64,000 nt of DNA from Candidatus Latescibacterota bacterium. GTDB taxonomy: Bacteria > Latescibacterota > UBA2968 > GCA-2709665. Position 1 is the stretch's first letter. Every line of letters starts with the position of its first letter. The stretch spans positions 2,752,001 through 2,816,000 of the forward strand of contig OZ250150.1 in assembly GCA_965237675.1 (NCBI GenBank), given 5' to 3'. Shown in pieces: positions 20,087-31,172 of this stretch. A program made the position numbers and the translations under genes. A model generated the notes under the pieces. That model saw nothing but the letters and a program-made list of their open reading frames with translations, was not told the origin of the DNA and searched no databases.

Positions 20087-23000
20087 TCAGTCCATGAACG
20101 CCCTGCAATTCGCCCGGATTCGAAATTGTCCATCCCTCTGTCTGAAGGCCGTGGCCGTCGGCGTGACCGCGACGATGTCACCCGGTCCGATGTCGTAAAG
20201 GTACGCGATTTCGCCAATCTTGAACCTCGCGGCGAGGTCGTGTTTGCCCACCAGCCGGATGCCTGCGTCGCGGCGGGTGCCTGGCCGGTGAGGGGCAAGG
20301 TCGACGTCGTCAACGGGCAGCCAGATGGTGTGGTCTTTGTCCGTGAGCCAGGCGCCGCGGTAATATCCCTGAGCGGCCATATACAGATTGGTCTTTGTGG
20401 ACAGACCGGTGCCGTCCGGGTTGCGCCCGGTGATCACGAAGCGGCCGATTCGGAACGTGTCGGTGCCGAAACGTATGCGATAGCGCCGGCCCCTGCCTTC
20501 CACCGCCGTGATATTATAGGCTGTGGTACGGCGGGCATTCCCGATGCGGGCGACTTCATCCTTGAGGCCCGTCGTCCGGAAGGACTGGCTCCCACGATGG
20601 CGTTCTATGTCGACGGTGGAAGCCTGTGGATCGATTTCGACGATGCTGCCATGAATGGGTTTCGGGATGGCGAGGGTATGCCCGCCGGCACTGGCGCTTC
20701 CGGACCCGGACTGGAGAATGAACACCAGATTCCCTTCCGTATCGTGGCGCGTCAAACCGAGGCTGCTGCCGGACGGGCCAAGGACGTGGCGGATCGTATC
20801 TTCGCCGTACCGGTGCGTAATCCTGAGCGTAAGGCCCTCGTCGTTTGCATCCAGTTGCTCTATGGCGTGGATCTTCTTACCGCCTTTAAAGGGTTCATGT
20901 ACGGCCACAAAACGGCTGCCGGCGCCATTACCCGCGTTTCGGAGCAGGACATAGGTGAGTTGCCTCGGGTTGCCGGGCTTTCTGGGGGGATCCCCGTGAG
21001 CAACGATGGCCTCGTCCGACGGTAAGAACGCCGTATGCAGACCGATGCCGGTCTTTGTGTCGCGCCAGGTTGAGGACCACGCCGCGGTCGGATTCGCGCG
21101 TTGCGCATCGTACAGATAAGAGTAGCCACCCCCCCGGTAGGTGTAATAGGAGCGACCCTTCCGTAGCGGATCGGTCAGGCCTTCGTCGTCGTAAATGGCG
21201 CCGTATGGCACATCCTCGCCGGCAAGGGTGCCATGCTGCTGCGGTGGGGATAGCGTGATATCGTTCACCTCAAACTCGCCTTCAAATCCGTGCAGGCTGA
21301 AGTCGTGTTGCGTTCCGCCCGCCACGCGGAAGTAGTCGAGGACGTACCGCGCGTCCTTTGCAAGTTCGATGAGCGCGACAACCCGCCGGTATTCGGAAGT
21401 ATGGTGATAGGTTTCCGGGGCGTCGACCTGGACCCAGGTCAGGCCGCCGGCCCTGACGAATTGTTCCAGCCTGCCAGGCCCCTGCGTATCCTGCCTCCGG
21501 CCGTCGACCACCACCGTGGCGTGGGCGAGGGTGTTCTTTGTCCAAATCGCGGGACGGTCTCCCTCGGCGGCGTGTTCTCCGTAGCCAAGGTCCGGGATGA
21601 GTTTACGACCATACGCGAAGAGTTCGATGTTGAGCCGATCGAAATGCGCATGTTCGGTGGCCGCCCGTCCGTAATACAGCGATACGGCTGTACGTTCGCG
21701 CCCTCTGCCCGACCGCAACAGCGCCAGCCCAAAGCCTCCCAGGAGCCGGCTGTCGGCGGTGATCCGCTTGAGTTCGGCGGGGCCGTCTTCGTGCGGCACG
21801 GGCACGACTGGGTCTTCCAGCAGGGACTCGAAGCTGTTGAAGCCGGTACTCTCCTTTCGGAGAAGCTCGCCGACAAAGGGATCGCCCGTGCCTTTGTACG
21901 CGGCCATCAGGGTATCGCTTCCCAGCGCCACATGACCGCCTGTCACGGTCCCGGCGTCGCCGATGGACGGGGTGAAGTGATCCAGGCACGTCATTTCCGC
22001 GGCCCAGCGGTACATGCGCCGGAATTTTGGCCTGTCCCAGATCCGTGTGCCCAGTGCTTCCAAAAGGCGGGCGATGACCGTGAGGTGCACGACCCATCCG
22101 CTGTTGTAGCTGGGGGAACTCTCCCACCCCATCCCCTCCCGGAAGATGAGGTTGTCCAGGGCGAAGTTGATCCCTTCGGCGTGGGCGGCCTTGTCGCGAA
22201 AGAGGTAGCCGTCGAAGTGGGTGAGCATTTCCTTGAGTTCCGTGGCTTCGCCGGTGTTGTTCATCGTCCATTCTACAGCCTTGTCGATTTCATTCCGATC
22301 TCCCGACGCAAGTGCGGCAATCAGCAGGGCTTCCTGGTGTCCGCCGTAGTTGCTTCGCACCTGTCCCCTGTAGACTCCGTCGAGGCTCGTGCCGATAATG
22401 CCGGCCTCGAGCTTCCGTCGAAATCCGTCGGCATCCAGGCCGAAGACAGGGTCGTAAGGGATGGCGTCGCGGACGGCATCCAGGGCGTGGCAAAGCCGGC
22501 GTACGGTCCCGGATTCGGAAATGAGCTCGTTCATTTTGCCGGTATAGCCAGGTGAGAATTCCAGGGCATACATGGATTGCTTGCTGTAATCCATGTGAGG
22601 ATAGACCTCGGCGAATCGGTCCAGAATGACGAGCGCTTTGTGAGCATACCGTCCGTCCCCGCTGAGCAGATACGCCTGGGCGAGCGAGGTGAGTCCGGCG
22701 ATAACGGTGTTCCAGATGCCGCAGCAGCAATAGGCGATGAACCAGTGGCGAAAGTGCCCATCATCGCTCCGCCAGCCCCATCCGTCGTCCGCGAAAGGAC
22801 CGGTGAGCAGGCTGCGGTCTTGCATGCCGCTTTCGTAGAATGCCTCGAAGTCGTTGCTGGGATAGGATTCGCCGCCCACGGCGCAGGTGACGCGCCACTT
22901 ATCTTTGAAAGGATCGTGTTTCCAGCCCCCCTGTGCGTACCCGCCGTACCCATTGGGCCCGCTGCCGTGGACGGGACAGCCGCTGATGAAGTTGATGGTC

Positions 23001-23170
23001 CAGCTGCGCGGCACCTCAGGGGCAGGCATCAGCTTGCGGATGAAATCCTGGTTTCGGCCCAGCCAGGGATTCGCTTCGGCAAAGACACGCCCGGCGACTT
23101 TTTTCGCAGCGGAGTCCTCGGTTGTGCGCTGCCGGGCAAGCTGGATCTGTTCGGGTGTGTAGAGATTCAC
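20087..23170 (-). CDS. Heparinase II/III family polysaccharide/oligosaccharide lyase
   Basis: HAHFDRLNIELFAYG, PDLGY, NTLAHATVVVDG motifs; probable GTG start at 23170 after AGGAG; no signal peptide seen. Confidence 0.8.
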   Translation of the reverse strand: MNLYTPEQIQLARQRTTEDSAAKKVAGRVFAEANPWLGRNQDFIRKLMPAPEVPRSWTINFISGCPVHGSGPNGYGGYAQGGWKHDPFKDKWRVTCAVGGESYPSNDFEAFYESGMQDRSLLTGPFADDGWGWRSDDGHFRHWFIAYCCCGIWNTVIAGLTSLAQAYLLSGDGRYAHKALVILDRFAEVYPHMDYSKQSMYALEFSPGYTGKMNELISESGTVRRLCHALDAVRDAIPYDPVFGLDADGFRRKLEAGIIGTSLDGVYRGQVRSNYGGHQEALLIAALASGDRNEIDKAVEWTMNNTGEATELKEMLTHFDGYLFRDKAAHAEGINFALDNLIFREGMGWESSPSYNSGWVVHLTVIARLLEALGTRIWDRPKFRRMYRWAAEMTCLDHFTPSIGDAGTVTGGHVALGSDTLMAAYKGTGDPFVGELLRKESTGFNSFESLLEDPVVPVPHEDGPAELKRITADSRLLGGFGLALLRSGRGRERTAVSLYYGRAATEHAHFDRLNIELFAYGRKLIPDLGYGEHAAEGDRPAIWTKNTLAHATVVVDGRRQDTQGPGRLEQFVRAGGLTWVQVDAPETYHHTSEYRRVVALIELAKDARYVLDYFRVAGGTQHDFSLHGFEGEFEVNDITLSPPQQHGTLAGEDVPYGAIYDDEGLTDPLRKGRSYYTYRGGGYSYLYDAQRANPTAAWSSTWRDTKTGIGLHTAFLPSDEAIVAHGDPPRKPGNPRQLTYVLLRNAGNGAGSRFVAVHEPFKGGKKIHAIEQLDANDEGLTLRITHRYGEDTIRHVLGPSGSSLGLTRHDTEGNLVFILQSGSGSASAGGHTLAIPKPIHGSIVEIDPQASTVDIERHRGSQSFRTTGLKDEVARIGNARRTTAYNITAVEGRGRRYRIRFGTDTFRIGRFVITGRNPDGTGLSTKTNLYMAAQGYYRGAWLTDKDHTIWLPVDDVDLAPHRPGTRRDAGIRLVGKHDLAARFKIGEIAYLYDIGPGDIVAVTPTATAFRQRDGQFRIRANCRAFMD

Positions 23171-23698
23171 TTTGGCTCCTTGTGTTTTGTGGCGCCCCGA
23201 GCGGGGCCTCCCTTTCGCTCCGGTAAACATGCGGCTGAGACAAGCGGAAGGAGCCGCTGCTTGCGCGCCCGTCGGTATCGTTGTCGTCGCGCCGATAATC
23301 GGCCCATCAGTATTTCAAAAGAGCGATAAATTCGCAAGGGTAATTTCGACCGCCGGAATGAAGCGTTGGCGATGAAAATACGGGTAATCAATCACCCGGG
23401 CCGGACCGGGTGAAAAAGGTTTTTCGGGCGGCCGCCGCAACGGTGTTCCAGAAAATGGAGCGGGAGACGGCCGTCCGAACGTCAGTCGGACGCCACTCGC
23501 CGAAGCACTTGACGGTTGGCCGCATATTTGATAAATAGTCACTATTCCCGAATGGGATCTTCACGGTGTCAAAGAGTCGAATCGGCAGCGAAAGGCCGGT
23601 TTTTGACCTGGAATCGACCCAAACGAGAGGTTTTTCGCATACCAACGCGAACAACGGGCCGGATATGCCTGCGCAAGGCACAGTCGAGGGGAAACTCT

Positions 23699-24640
23699 AT
23701 GGAATACCGCCCGCTTGGACGAACCGGGCTTCGCGTTTCCGTGCTGGGCATCGGCACGGGTGGTCCGAGCCAATTCGGCCAGAGTACCGGCGTGCCGGAG
23801 GCCGACGTCGGAAGGATGGTGCGTAGAGCGCTGGCGTTGGGGATCAACTTTTTCGATACAGCGGCGGGTTACGGGGAAAGCGAGGCCATTCTGGGCAGGG
23901 CAATGGCCGGCGTGCCACGGGATGATTACCTGCTGGCAACAAAGGTGCAGGTGGCGCGGGATGAATGGACTTCCACGCCCGAAGACGTGGTGGCGTCTGT
24001 CGAGCGCAGTCTTTCGCGGCTCAGGGTGGATGTGATCGACATTGTACAGTTCCACGGCGTGAAACCGGATGACTATGCCCGCACCATCGAAATCTTTCTA
24101 CCGGTGATGGCGCGGCTCCAGGAGCAGGGCAAGTTCCGGTTTCTGGGCGTTTCCGAGACGTATTCCGAGGATCCCGGGCATGAGATGTTTCCGATGGCGC
24201 TATCCGACGGCCATTTTGACACGGCGATGGTGGGTTACAATATGATCAGTCCGACGGCCGAGCACCGGGTATTGCCCATGTGTCGGGAAAAGAACGTGGG
24301 CGTGATCTGTATGGTAGCGGTACGGAGGGCATTGAGCAAACCGGACGTACTGGCCGAACGCATCGCCTATGCGAAGGACAAAGGGCTGATTGCGCCGGAC
24401 TCCCTGCCCGATGGCGATCCGCTGGGCTGGCTGGTGAGAGGACATGTGACTTCGCTGCCGGCGGCCGCGTACAAATACGTGGCGTCGCATCCTGCGATGG
24501 GCACGGTTCTGACGGGTACTGCGAACGTAGAACACCTGGAGGCAAACGTGAAAGCCATTCTCGGGCCGCCGCTGCCGGACGAAGACATGGCTCGATTGCG
24601 GGGTGTGTTCGGAGACGTGTGGGAGCCCCTCGGGAATTGA
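23699..24640 (+). CDS. Aldo/keto reductase
   Basis: MEYRPLGRTGLRVS, GINFFDTA..Y, ATK, SLSRL..D.ID. Confidence 0.9.
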   Translation: MEYRPLGRTGLRVSVLGIGTGGPSQFGQSTGVPEADVGRMVRRALALGINFFDTAAGYGESEAILGRAMAGVPRDDYLLATKVQVARDEWTSTPEDVVASVERSLSRLRVDVIDIVQFHGVKPDDYARTIEIFLPVMARLQEQGKFRFLGVSETYSEDPGHEMFPMALSDGHFDTAMVGYNMISPTAEHRVLPMCREKNVGVICMVAVRRALSKPDVLAERIAYAKDKGLIAPDSLPDGDPLGWLVRGHVTSLPAAAYKYVASHPAMGTVLTGTANVEHLEANVKAILGPPLPDEDMARLRGVFGDVWEPLGN

Positions 24641-24917
24641 CGTCGCGCCGGAGGGCGAGCGCCGGGAAGAAGGGTTCCGGACATCGCAACGTGGGCCCAT
24701 CCGGGCACCGGCGGATCTTCGATATCAATATTTCCCGCTCGGGCGCGCCGGTTTCTATCCGATTGGACTCAGTGCTGTACCGATTCGGTCGGATGGCCAA
24801 TCTCTTTATGTCGATCATCCACGTCCAGCATGAAATCGAGAACCACTCGCTTGCATCCGAGGGCGTTGAATGCCGATTGCTATACGCTGACCGCTCGTTA
24901 GCCGAAAGGAGCGCTCC

Positions 24918-26039
24918 ATGGCGGAGACAACAGACGAACCCGAAGTACTGACGACCAACGGCCGGAGACCCGGTGTCAGCCTTATCGATGCGGACGTCCA
25001 CAATTACCCCGACTCAATAGGCGATCTCACGCCCTTTCTGACCAGGCGGTGGCAGGCATACGTGAGACAATCCGGGTTTACCATGCCTTCGGTTTCGATC
25101 TACCCCAAGGTCTATGCGCAGGCCGCCCGGCGCGACGCATGGCCGCCCAGCGGCAAACGGCCCGGGGCGGATGCCGACTTTTCCCGGGAGCAGTTGCTCG
25201 ATACCTGGGCGATTGACTACGCGGTCCTCAACCCGCTCGTTGCCGTGTCGGCGGTGCGCAATATCGATCTTGCCAATGCGCTTCAGAGGGCCGTCAACGA
25301 ATGGACCAGAGAGGTCTGGCTTGATGCCGACCATCGGTGGCGCGGCTCAATCGTCGTCAATATCCAGGATGCAGAGGCCGCCGCTGCCGAGATCGAACGT
25401 CTCGCCTCGGACAGGCGCTTCGTTCAGGTTCTCCTGCTGGTGCGTTCCTACGCTCCGTACGGACGCCGCGAGTTCAGGCCCATTTTTCGCGCCGCAGCCG
25501 CGGCGGACCTCCCCGTGGGCATTCACTTCGGAGGCGGCGGGAATCCCATTACGGCAAGTGGATGGCCCTCCTATTATATCGAGGACCATACGGGAATGAC
25601 ACAGGCCTTCGAGGCTCAGGTTATCAGCCTGGTATGCGAAGGCATTTTTGAGGAACTTCCATCGGTCCGGGTGGCCCTCATCGAGGGCGGATTTGCGTGG
25701 TTGCCCGCACTGATGTGGCGACTGGACAAGAACTACCGCGGTCTGCGCAGCGAAGTGCCCTGGCTCCGGAGGCTACCCAGCGAATACATCCTCGAGCACT
25801 TCCGCGCGACCACCCAGCCGATGGAGGAACCGGCCGACCCCCGGCACCTGCTCGCCATTCTGGACATGATTGGACGCGACGATTTTCTGATGTTCGCCAC
25901 CGATTACCCTCACTGGGATTTCGACTCGCCCGACCGCGCCCTGCCGGGGGCGGTCAAAGGCGCTCTGAGACAGCGTATTCTGGCCGCAAACGCGGCGGCT
26001 TTCTATGGCCTTGAAGACAATCGACATCGGGGCAGTTGA
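24918..26039 (+). CDS. Amidohydrolase_2-fold protein (candidate dinuclear oxygenase subunit)
   Basis: [31 protein letters not shown]; overlaps a Rieske ferredoxin gene. Confidence 0.8.
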   Translation: MAETTDEPEVLTTNGRRPGVSLIDADVHNYPDSIGDLTPFLTRRWQAYVRQSGFTMPSVSIYPKVYAQAARRDAWPPSGKRPGADADFSREQLLDTWAIDYAVLNPLVAVSAVRNIDLANALQRAVNEWTREVWLDADHRWRGSIVVNIQDAEAAAAEIERLASDRRFVQVLLLVRSYAPYGRREFRPIFRAAAAADLPVGIHFGGGGNPITASGWPSYYIEDHTGMTQAFEAQVISLVCEGIFEELPSVRVALIEGGFAWLPALMWRLDKNYRGLRSEVPWLRRLPSEYILEHFRATTQPMEEPADPRHLLAILDMIGRDDFLMFATDYPHWDFDSPDRALPGAVKGALRQRILAANAAAFYGLEDNRHRGS

Positions 26040-26370
26040 CGACTTTGAGGCCGGCCGGGCACGTCGGGTTGAAGCGGGGGGGCGGGCACTGTCGGTGGTG
26101 CGGGGCGACGAGCGGTTTTACGCGTTGCGCGATATCTGCCCGCACCAGGGCGCGCCGTTGTCCGCCGGAAAGGTGGGCGGCACAGCCATGCCGTGTCGTC
26201 CCGGCGAGGAGATCTCCTACGGGCGTCTGGGCGAAATCATTACGTGCCCGTGGCATGGGTGGCAATTCGACCTGGCAACGGGTCGCGCTCTGATCGAGTC
26301 CGACCGAATCCGGGTGCGGGCCTATCCCGTCAGTGTTATAGCCGGCCGTGTCGTTGTACATATGGATTAG
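26005..26370 (+). CDS. Rieske [2Fe-2S] ferredoxin
   Basis: CPH...CPWH Rieske ligands, GWQFDLATG. Confidence 0.92.
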   Translation: MALKTIDIGAVDDFEAGRARRVEAGGRALSVVRGDERFYALRDICPHQGAPLSAGKVGGTAMPCRPGEEISYGRLGEIITCPWHGWQFDLATGRALIESDRIRVRAYPVSVIAGRVVVHMD

Positions 26371-26644
26371 CGCCTCTCCCACGCGCGTCCGGTCAAGCCC
26401 GGTGTCCAGGGCATCGGTAATCCACTGGCCCGACACGCAGACACCATTTCCCCGGTGGTACTTTCCGACCCTGAGAAATCGCGCCGGCGAATGAGATCGA
26501 CCTCCGGAACCCATTGGGTTCGGCGCGCAGGAAGCGGTCGCCCGTGCCGTATTTCTCGCATTCTGAGGCACACTGACCCGATCCCGTCTCGAAACCCGGC
26601 AAGGATGCCCGGGAGGGCCGATAATTCCACGTTGGGAACAACGA

Positions 26645-27829
26645 TTGATCCGGATAGGGAATCCGTTTTCCGAATGGAACCGCGACTTCAGGCTGCTGGG
26701 CGCGGCGGCGTTTTCCGTGGGTGTATTTTTCGGAGTGCAACTGACGTTGTACAACAATTTCGCCGTGGAGCGCCTGGGCATCGAGCCGGACGAACTGGGG
26801 TACGTGGAGGCGCTGCGCGAGATGTCAGGCTTCCTGAACGCGCTCTTCATTGCGCTCATGATGCGCCTGGCGCCGCCTGTCGTGGCGGGAGCTTCCCTGG
26901 TGGTGATGGGTTCGGGGCTTGCCGCATACGCGGAGGTGGAAACGGTGTTGTCCCTCGCGGCATATTCGGCGTTATGGGGCATCGGGTTCCATTGCTGGAT
27001 TCCCATGGAGCAGTCCATGGCGTTACGGTTCTCGCCCGCGGGCCGGAAGGGGAAATGGCTCGGCCAGTTGCGGAGCGTGCACGCCTTTGCCTGGCTGTTG
27101 ACCATCGGGGTCTGCAATCTGGTCTTTCACATGATCCGTTACGACTGGCTGTTCGTGGGGGCCGGAGCGATCACCGCGCTGGGCGGGCTGGCGATATTTT
27201 TTGCCAGCAGAAAACGCCCGGAGGTGGAGGAGAAGAGTTTCGTATTCAGACGGCGCTACGGCCTGTATTACGCGCTGAACTTCCTGCAGGGCTTCCGGAA
27301 GCAGATGTTTATCACGTTTGCCATCTTCGCGCTGGTGAAAGTACACGGGATGCCGGTGGAAACGACAATGATGCTGGTACTGATCAATCAGACGCTGATT
27401 ACATTGACGGCGCCGCTGATGGGACGGCTGGTCGACAGGCACGGGGAACGGGCCGTGCTCAGCTGGAGCTATATCGGGCTGGTGTTTGTTTTTTTCGGAT
27501 ATGGCGCAATCCAGCACCGTCCTACGCTGTACGTGTTTTATTGTGTCGACAATCTCATTTTTTTCGGAGGCATCGCGCTGACGACATACCTTCATAAGAT
27601 CGCGCCCCAGGAGGATCTGAAACCGACGCTATCCATGGGCGTGACGATGAACCATTTGGCCGCGGTGGCGGCGCCACTGATCGGCGGGTTGGTCTGGCGC
27701 AACTTCGGCTACCAGGTGATCTTTTTCAGTGGAGCGGTGCTGGCCTTGATTTCGCTCCTGGTGAGCCGGTGGGTGGATCCCGAAGGAATGCTCAGGCGCG
27801 AACGCGAGGCGGTTGCGGTGGCGGATTGA
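26645..27829 (+). CDS. MFS transporter
   Basis: About 12 hydrophobic segments, GRLVDRHGER motif A. Confidence 0.85.
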   Translation: MIRIGNPFSEWNRDFRLLGAAAFSVGVFFGVQLTLYNNFAVERLGIEPDELGYVEALREMSGFLNALFIALMMRLAPPVVAGASLVVMGSGLAAYAEVETVLSLAAYSALWGIGFHCWIPMEQSMALRFSPAGRKGKWLGQLRSVHAFAWLLTIGVCNLVFHMIRYDWLFVGAGAITALGGLAIFFASRKRPEVEEKSFVFRRRYGLYYALNFLQGFRKQMFITFAIFALVKVHGMPVETTMMLVLINQTLITLTAPLMGRLVDRHGERAVLSWSYIGLVFVFFGYGAIQHRPTLYVFYCVDNLIFFGGIALTTYLHKIAPQEDLKPTLSMGVTMNHLAAVAAPLIGGLVWRNFGYQVIFFSGAVLALISLLVSRWVDPEGMLRREREAVAVAD

Positions 27830-27980
27830 CCCATGCGTCTCAATGTTGCGAATGTCGGAAGACGGTTCCGGTAACCGGCCGTCCAACGCACCGGGAAGGG
27901 TTGGACAAGCGGCGAACCGGATTTCTGTTTATTGTGCCGTTGCGATGCGGTTGGATTGGTTTTTCGGATACGGGGGTGAT

Positions 27981-28934
27981 ATGAAACTGCGGGAACTTGG
28001 AAAAACCGGGATTCAGATTTCGGAGGTGGGTTTGGGATGCTGGCCGATCGGCGGGGCGTCGTTCCGTGGAGGCAGTCCGACGGGATGGTCCGGCGTGGAT
28101 GTAATGGCGTCGATTGATACCGTCCGCCGTTCGTGGACCCAGGGTATCACATTTTACGATACGGCTGATGCGTACGGTCGCGGAAAGAGCGAGGTCCTGG
28201 TCGGATTGGGGTTATACGAAAACAAAAACGACGCCGTGGTCTGCACCAAGGTGGGGATGAGCCTTGCGGCGCCGGGCCAGGACTTCTCGGAGCCGTATAT
28301 TCTGGGCGCACTGGACGCAAGCCTCACGCGTCTTGAACGTGATTATGTGGATCTTTACCTGCTGCACGGACCGCCATTGGATGGGATGACGGACGCGTTG
28401 TTCGGGTTGATGAAAGACCTGAAGGGATCGGGAAAGATTCGGGCCTGGGGCGTGTCGATCAGCCCCGTGGAGACCTCCGATAAGGTCGTCGAAGAAGGAC
28501 TGCGCGCCATGGAGGGTGGCGCCGAGGCGATCCAGCTGGTGTACAATATTCTTCAGCAGAAGGAGGGCGACGCCCTGTTCCCGGCGGCCATCGAAAAGGG
28601 CGTGGGCATGATCGCGCGCGTGCCGCTGGCTTCGGGTTGGCTGACGGGCAAATACGACGCGAAGACGGTATTCCCCGCTGACGATTTGCGAAGTCTCAGA
28701 TATACGCGCGAGCGGGTGAGGGAGACCGTTGCGCGGGTCGCCAAGCTGGATTTTCTGTTGGAAGAGGCGGATTCGATGGTCGAAGCAGCACTTCGGTTTG
28801 TCCTTTCGAATCCAGCGGTTTCCACAGTTATTCCGGGCGCGAAGACACCCGCACAACTTACAGGTATCGTCAAGGCTGCCGGGATGACGCTTTCTCGCGA
28901 AACGATGGATCGGATCCGGGAGTTGTTCGGTTGA
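27981..28934 (+). CDS. Aldo/keto reductase
   Basis: MKLRELGKTG, YDTADAYG, VCTK, DLYLLH, PLASG.L.GK. Confidence 0.9.
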   Translation: MKLRELGKTGIQISEVGLGCWPIGGASFRGGSPTGWSGVDVMASIDTVRRSWTQGITFYDTADAYGRGKSEVLVGLGLYENKNDAVVCTKVGMSLAAPGQDFSEPYILGALDASLTRLERDYVDLYLLHGPPLDGMTDALFGLMKDLKGSGKIRAWGVSISPVETSDKVVEEGLRAMEGGAEAIQLVYNILQQKEGDALFPAAIEKGVGMIARVPLASGWLTGKYDAKTVFPADDLRSLRYTRERVRETVARVAKLDFLLEEADSMVEAALRFVLSNPAVSTVIPGAKTPAQLTGIVKAAGMTLSRETMDRIRELFG

Positions 28935-29064
28935 ACCCACCCGGTTGATGGCAGATCCGATAATTGAAGCCGCGCCCGCAACGGAGCCTGACGGTGCAAA
29001 CCTTGCGTTGTTTCAGGGGACCCGCACAGGGCCTGCGATGAAATTATCAGATGGAGGGTTCTAA

Positions 29065-30048
29065 ATGGTTGGGTTTGCAGTGGTTGGCCTGGGAATGGGG
29101 TACAATCGATCCAGAATGATCCACAGCACCGACGGGGCCGATTTGAGGGTGGTGGTGGATCTGGATGAAACACGGCTTGAGAAGGTGGGTTCCGAACTGG
29201 GTGTGGATGGGACAACGGATCTGAATGCGGCATTGGATCGTACGGATGTTGACGTGGTGATGGTGATGACGCCGAGTGGAACCCACGCCGACCTGGGCAT
29301 TCAAGCCGCGCGCGCGGGCAAACATGTGATCACGACCAAGCCCATGGATGTGTCTACCGAAGCGTGCGATCGGCTGATCGCGGCGTGCGACCAGGCCGGT
29401 GTGCTGTGCGGGGTGGATTACCAGAGCCGGTACGTCGACAACAATTACCGGGTGGCTGAGGCGCTGCGACAGGGGTGGTTGGGTAAACCCATTCTTGGCG
29501 AGGTGCGATTCAAATGGTTCCGGGCGTCGTCCTATTTCGCGGCGAGTGGGGGCTGGCGTGGTACGTGGAAAATGGACGGCGGCGGGTCGCTGGCCAACCA
29601 GGGGGCGCATTTACTGGACGTGCTGTGCTGGTTTATGGGCGACCCGGTTTCCGTCTATGGCGAGATGGCCATTATGAATCACGAGATCGAGACCGAGGAT
29701 ATCGGGTTGGCCATTGTGAATTTCGAAAGCGGCGCAAAAGGCGCCATTGTTGGAACCACTACGTTTCCAACGAGTGTCTATTTTTGCGCCGAGGTCCACG
29801 GAACCGGCGGCGGCGTTTTGATAGACGACGTGCTCAGCGGCAACATGCGGGTATTCGGCAAAGGGCTGGAGGAACGGCTGGCAACGGTAGAGAACCCGCT
29901 TCAGAATATCGTGCATGACGTGGTCAGCGCGGTTGAAGAAGGGTCGCCGCTGCGTGTGAATGGACGGGAAGGACGCCGGACGGTAGCGCTATTGGAGGCC
30001 ATTTACACGTCGGCGCGGGAGGGCAGGCCTCTCAACGTCGCAATATGA
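29065..30048 (+). CDS. Gfo/Idh/MocA family oxidoreductase
   Basis: VVGLG, GKHVITTKP, WRGTWKMDGGGSLANQGAH. Confidence 0.9.
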   Translation: MVGFAVVGLGMGYNRSRMIHSTDGADLRVVVDLDETRLEKVGSELGVDGTTDLNAALDRTDVDVVMVMTPSGTHADLGIQAARAGKHVITTKPMDVSTEACDRLIAACDQAGVLCGVDYQSRYVDNNYRVAEALRQGWLGKPILGEVRFKWFRASSYFAASGGWRGTWKMDGGGSLANQGAHLLDVLCWFMGDPVSVYGEMAIMNHEIETEDIGLAIVNFESGAKGAIVGTTTFPTSVYFCAEVHGTGGGVLIDDVLSGNMRVFGKGLEERLATVENPLQNIVHDVVSAVEEGSPLRVNGREGRRTVALLEAIYTSAREGRPLNVAI

Positions 30049-30186
30049 TTGTTGTACCCGGACTGGCAGCATCACGGGGATGTGTAAGCCTATCTGCAGA
30101 CGCTGGCCTGACACGGCTGCCATTCAGCCGGCCGTCCCGGCGTTGGGCCGAGCCCGGAATCGTCTCAGTCAGCCGGCGCCGGTTGG

Positions 30187-30537
30187 CTACACGTGGCGGT
30201 GGTTGTGATCCTCGTGTATTGCAGAGGAATGTTCCAGGGTCCTCGCCGCCAGTTCTCCACGGGCGATAAGGCCCTTGTCGATGGCCATTTCTTCAAGCGA
30301 ATCCACCCATCGGGCGTAGTAGCTCGATGGGTCGTTTTCTTTTTCGGCGGCGGCTATCGTGGATGCCAGCACAGCGCTGAATTCGCGCCATTCGTACGAG
30401 CCCTTCTCGCACATCGCCACGGCCAGGCCAAATGCGCGGGCCTCCCACGGCGCCTCGAATACGAGCTCACCGTTTTCTCTGGGCAGTGCCGTCGTCGCTT
30501 CCGCGTCGGCGATTTTTCGGTCGATGCCGGGAGTCAT
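30187..30537 (-). CDS. Nitrile hydratase accessory (activator, P14K-like) protein
   Basis: LPRENGELVFEAPWEARAFG, YYARW..LE, His-rich C-terminus; downstream of nthA. Confidence 0.88.
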   Translation of the reverse strand: MTPGIDRKIADAEATTALPRENGELVFEAPWEARAFGLAVAMCEKGSYEWREFSAVLASTIAAAEKENDPSSYYARWVDSLEEMAIDKGLIARGELAARTLEHSSAIHEDHNHRHV

Positions 30538-30544
30538 TATCGTC

Positions 30545-31153
30545 TTACCTCTCCGTGGAATCTATTTTAGCCACGCCGATCATCGCGTCGCGTGTGACGA
30601 GCGGGACCAGTTCCGCTTCGGTATAGTCTTCCGTGCCGTCAGGCCGTTCCGGCAGGACCATATAGCGGAGATCCGAATTGCTGTCCCAGACGCGTATTTC
30701 CACCGAATCAGGAAGATGAAGGTCGAATTCCCTCAAAACGGCTCTGGGTTCGCGGACGACGCGTGAGCGGTAGGCGTAGGATTTATACCAGCCCGGCGGA
30801 AGTCCGAGCACGGTCCAGGGGTAACAGGAACACAGGGTGCAAACGACCACGTGGTGGACCGTTGACGTGTTTTCCAGGACGACGATCTCACTGCCCTCCT
30901 TGCCACCGAATCCCAATTCGGATATCGCCTTCGTGCCGTTCTCCAACAGACGGCGTCTAAAATCGGGGTCGGTCCAGGCGCGGGCGACCACACTGGCGCC
31001 GTTGAGCGGCCCCACGTCCTTCTCGAACTTGTCCACGACTTTGTCTACGATATCGGTCGTCAGCAGCCCCTTTTCGACCAGGAGCGATTCGAGCGCCCGG
31101 GTGCGAAGGGCCGCGTCGGATTCGGTATGCGCAGCGTCCCGATGCGTGCTCAT
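30545..31153 (-). CDS. nthA: Nitrile hydratase alpha subunit, cobalt type
   Basis: VCTLCSCY metal-binding motif (Thr/Tyr indicates Co type), [10 protein letters not shown]. Confidence 0.97.
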   Translation of the reverse strand: MSTHRDAAHTESDAALRTRALESLLVEKGLLTTDIVDKVVDKFEKDVGPLNGASVVARAWTDPDFRRRLLENGTKAISELGFGGKEGSEIVVLENTSTVHHVVVCTLCSCYPWTVLGLPPGWYKSYAYRSRVVREPRAVLREFDLHLPDSVEIRVWDSNSDLRYMVLPERPDGTEDYTEAELVPLVTRDAMIGVAKIDSTER

Positions 31154-31172
31154 GGTATGGATCCTCCATTTT

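Noticed and set aside
26455-27597. 380-aa alternative-frame ORF over the MFS gene
   Set aside because: Arg/Gly-rich off-frame product; the 26645-27829 frame has the transporter features
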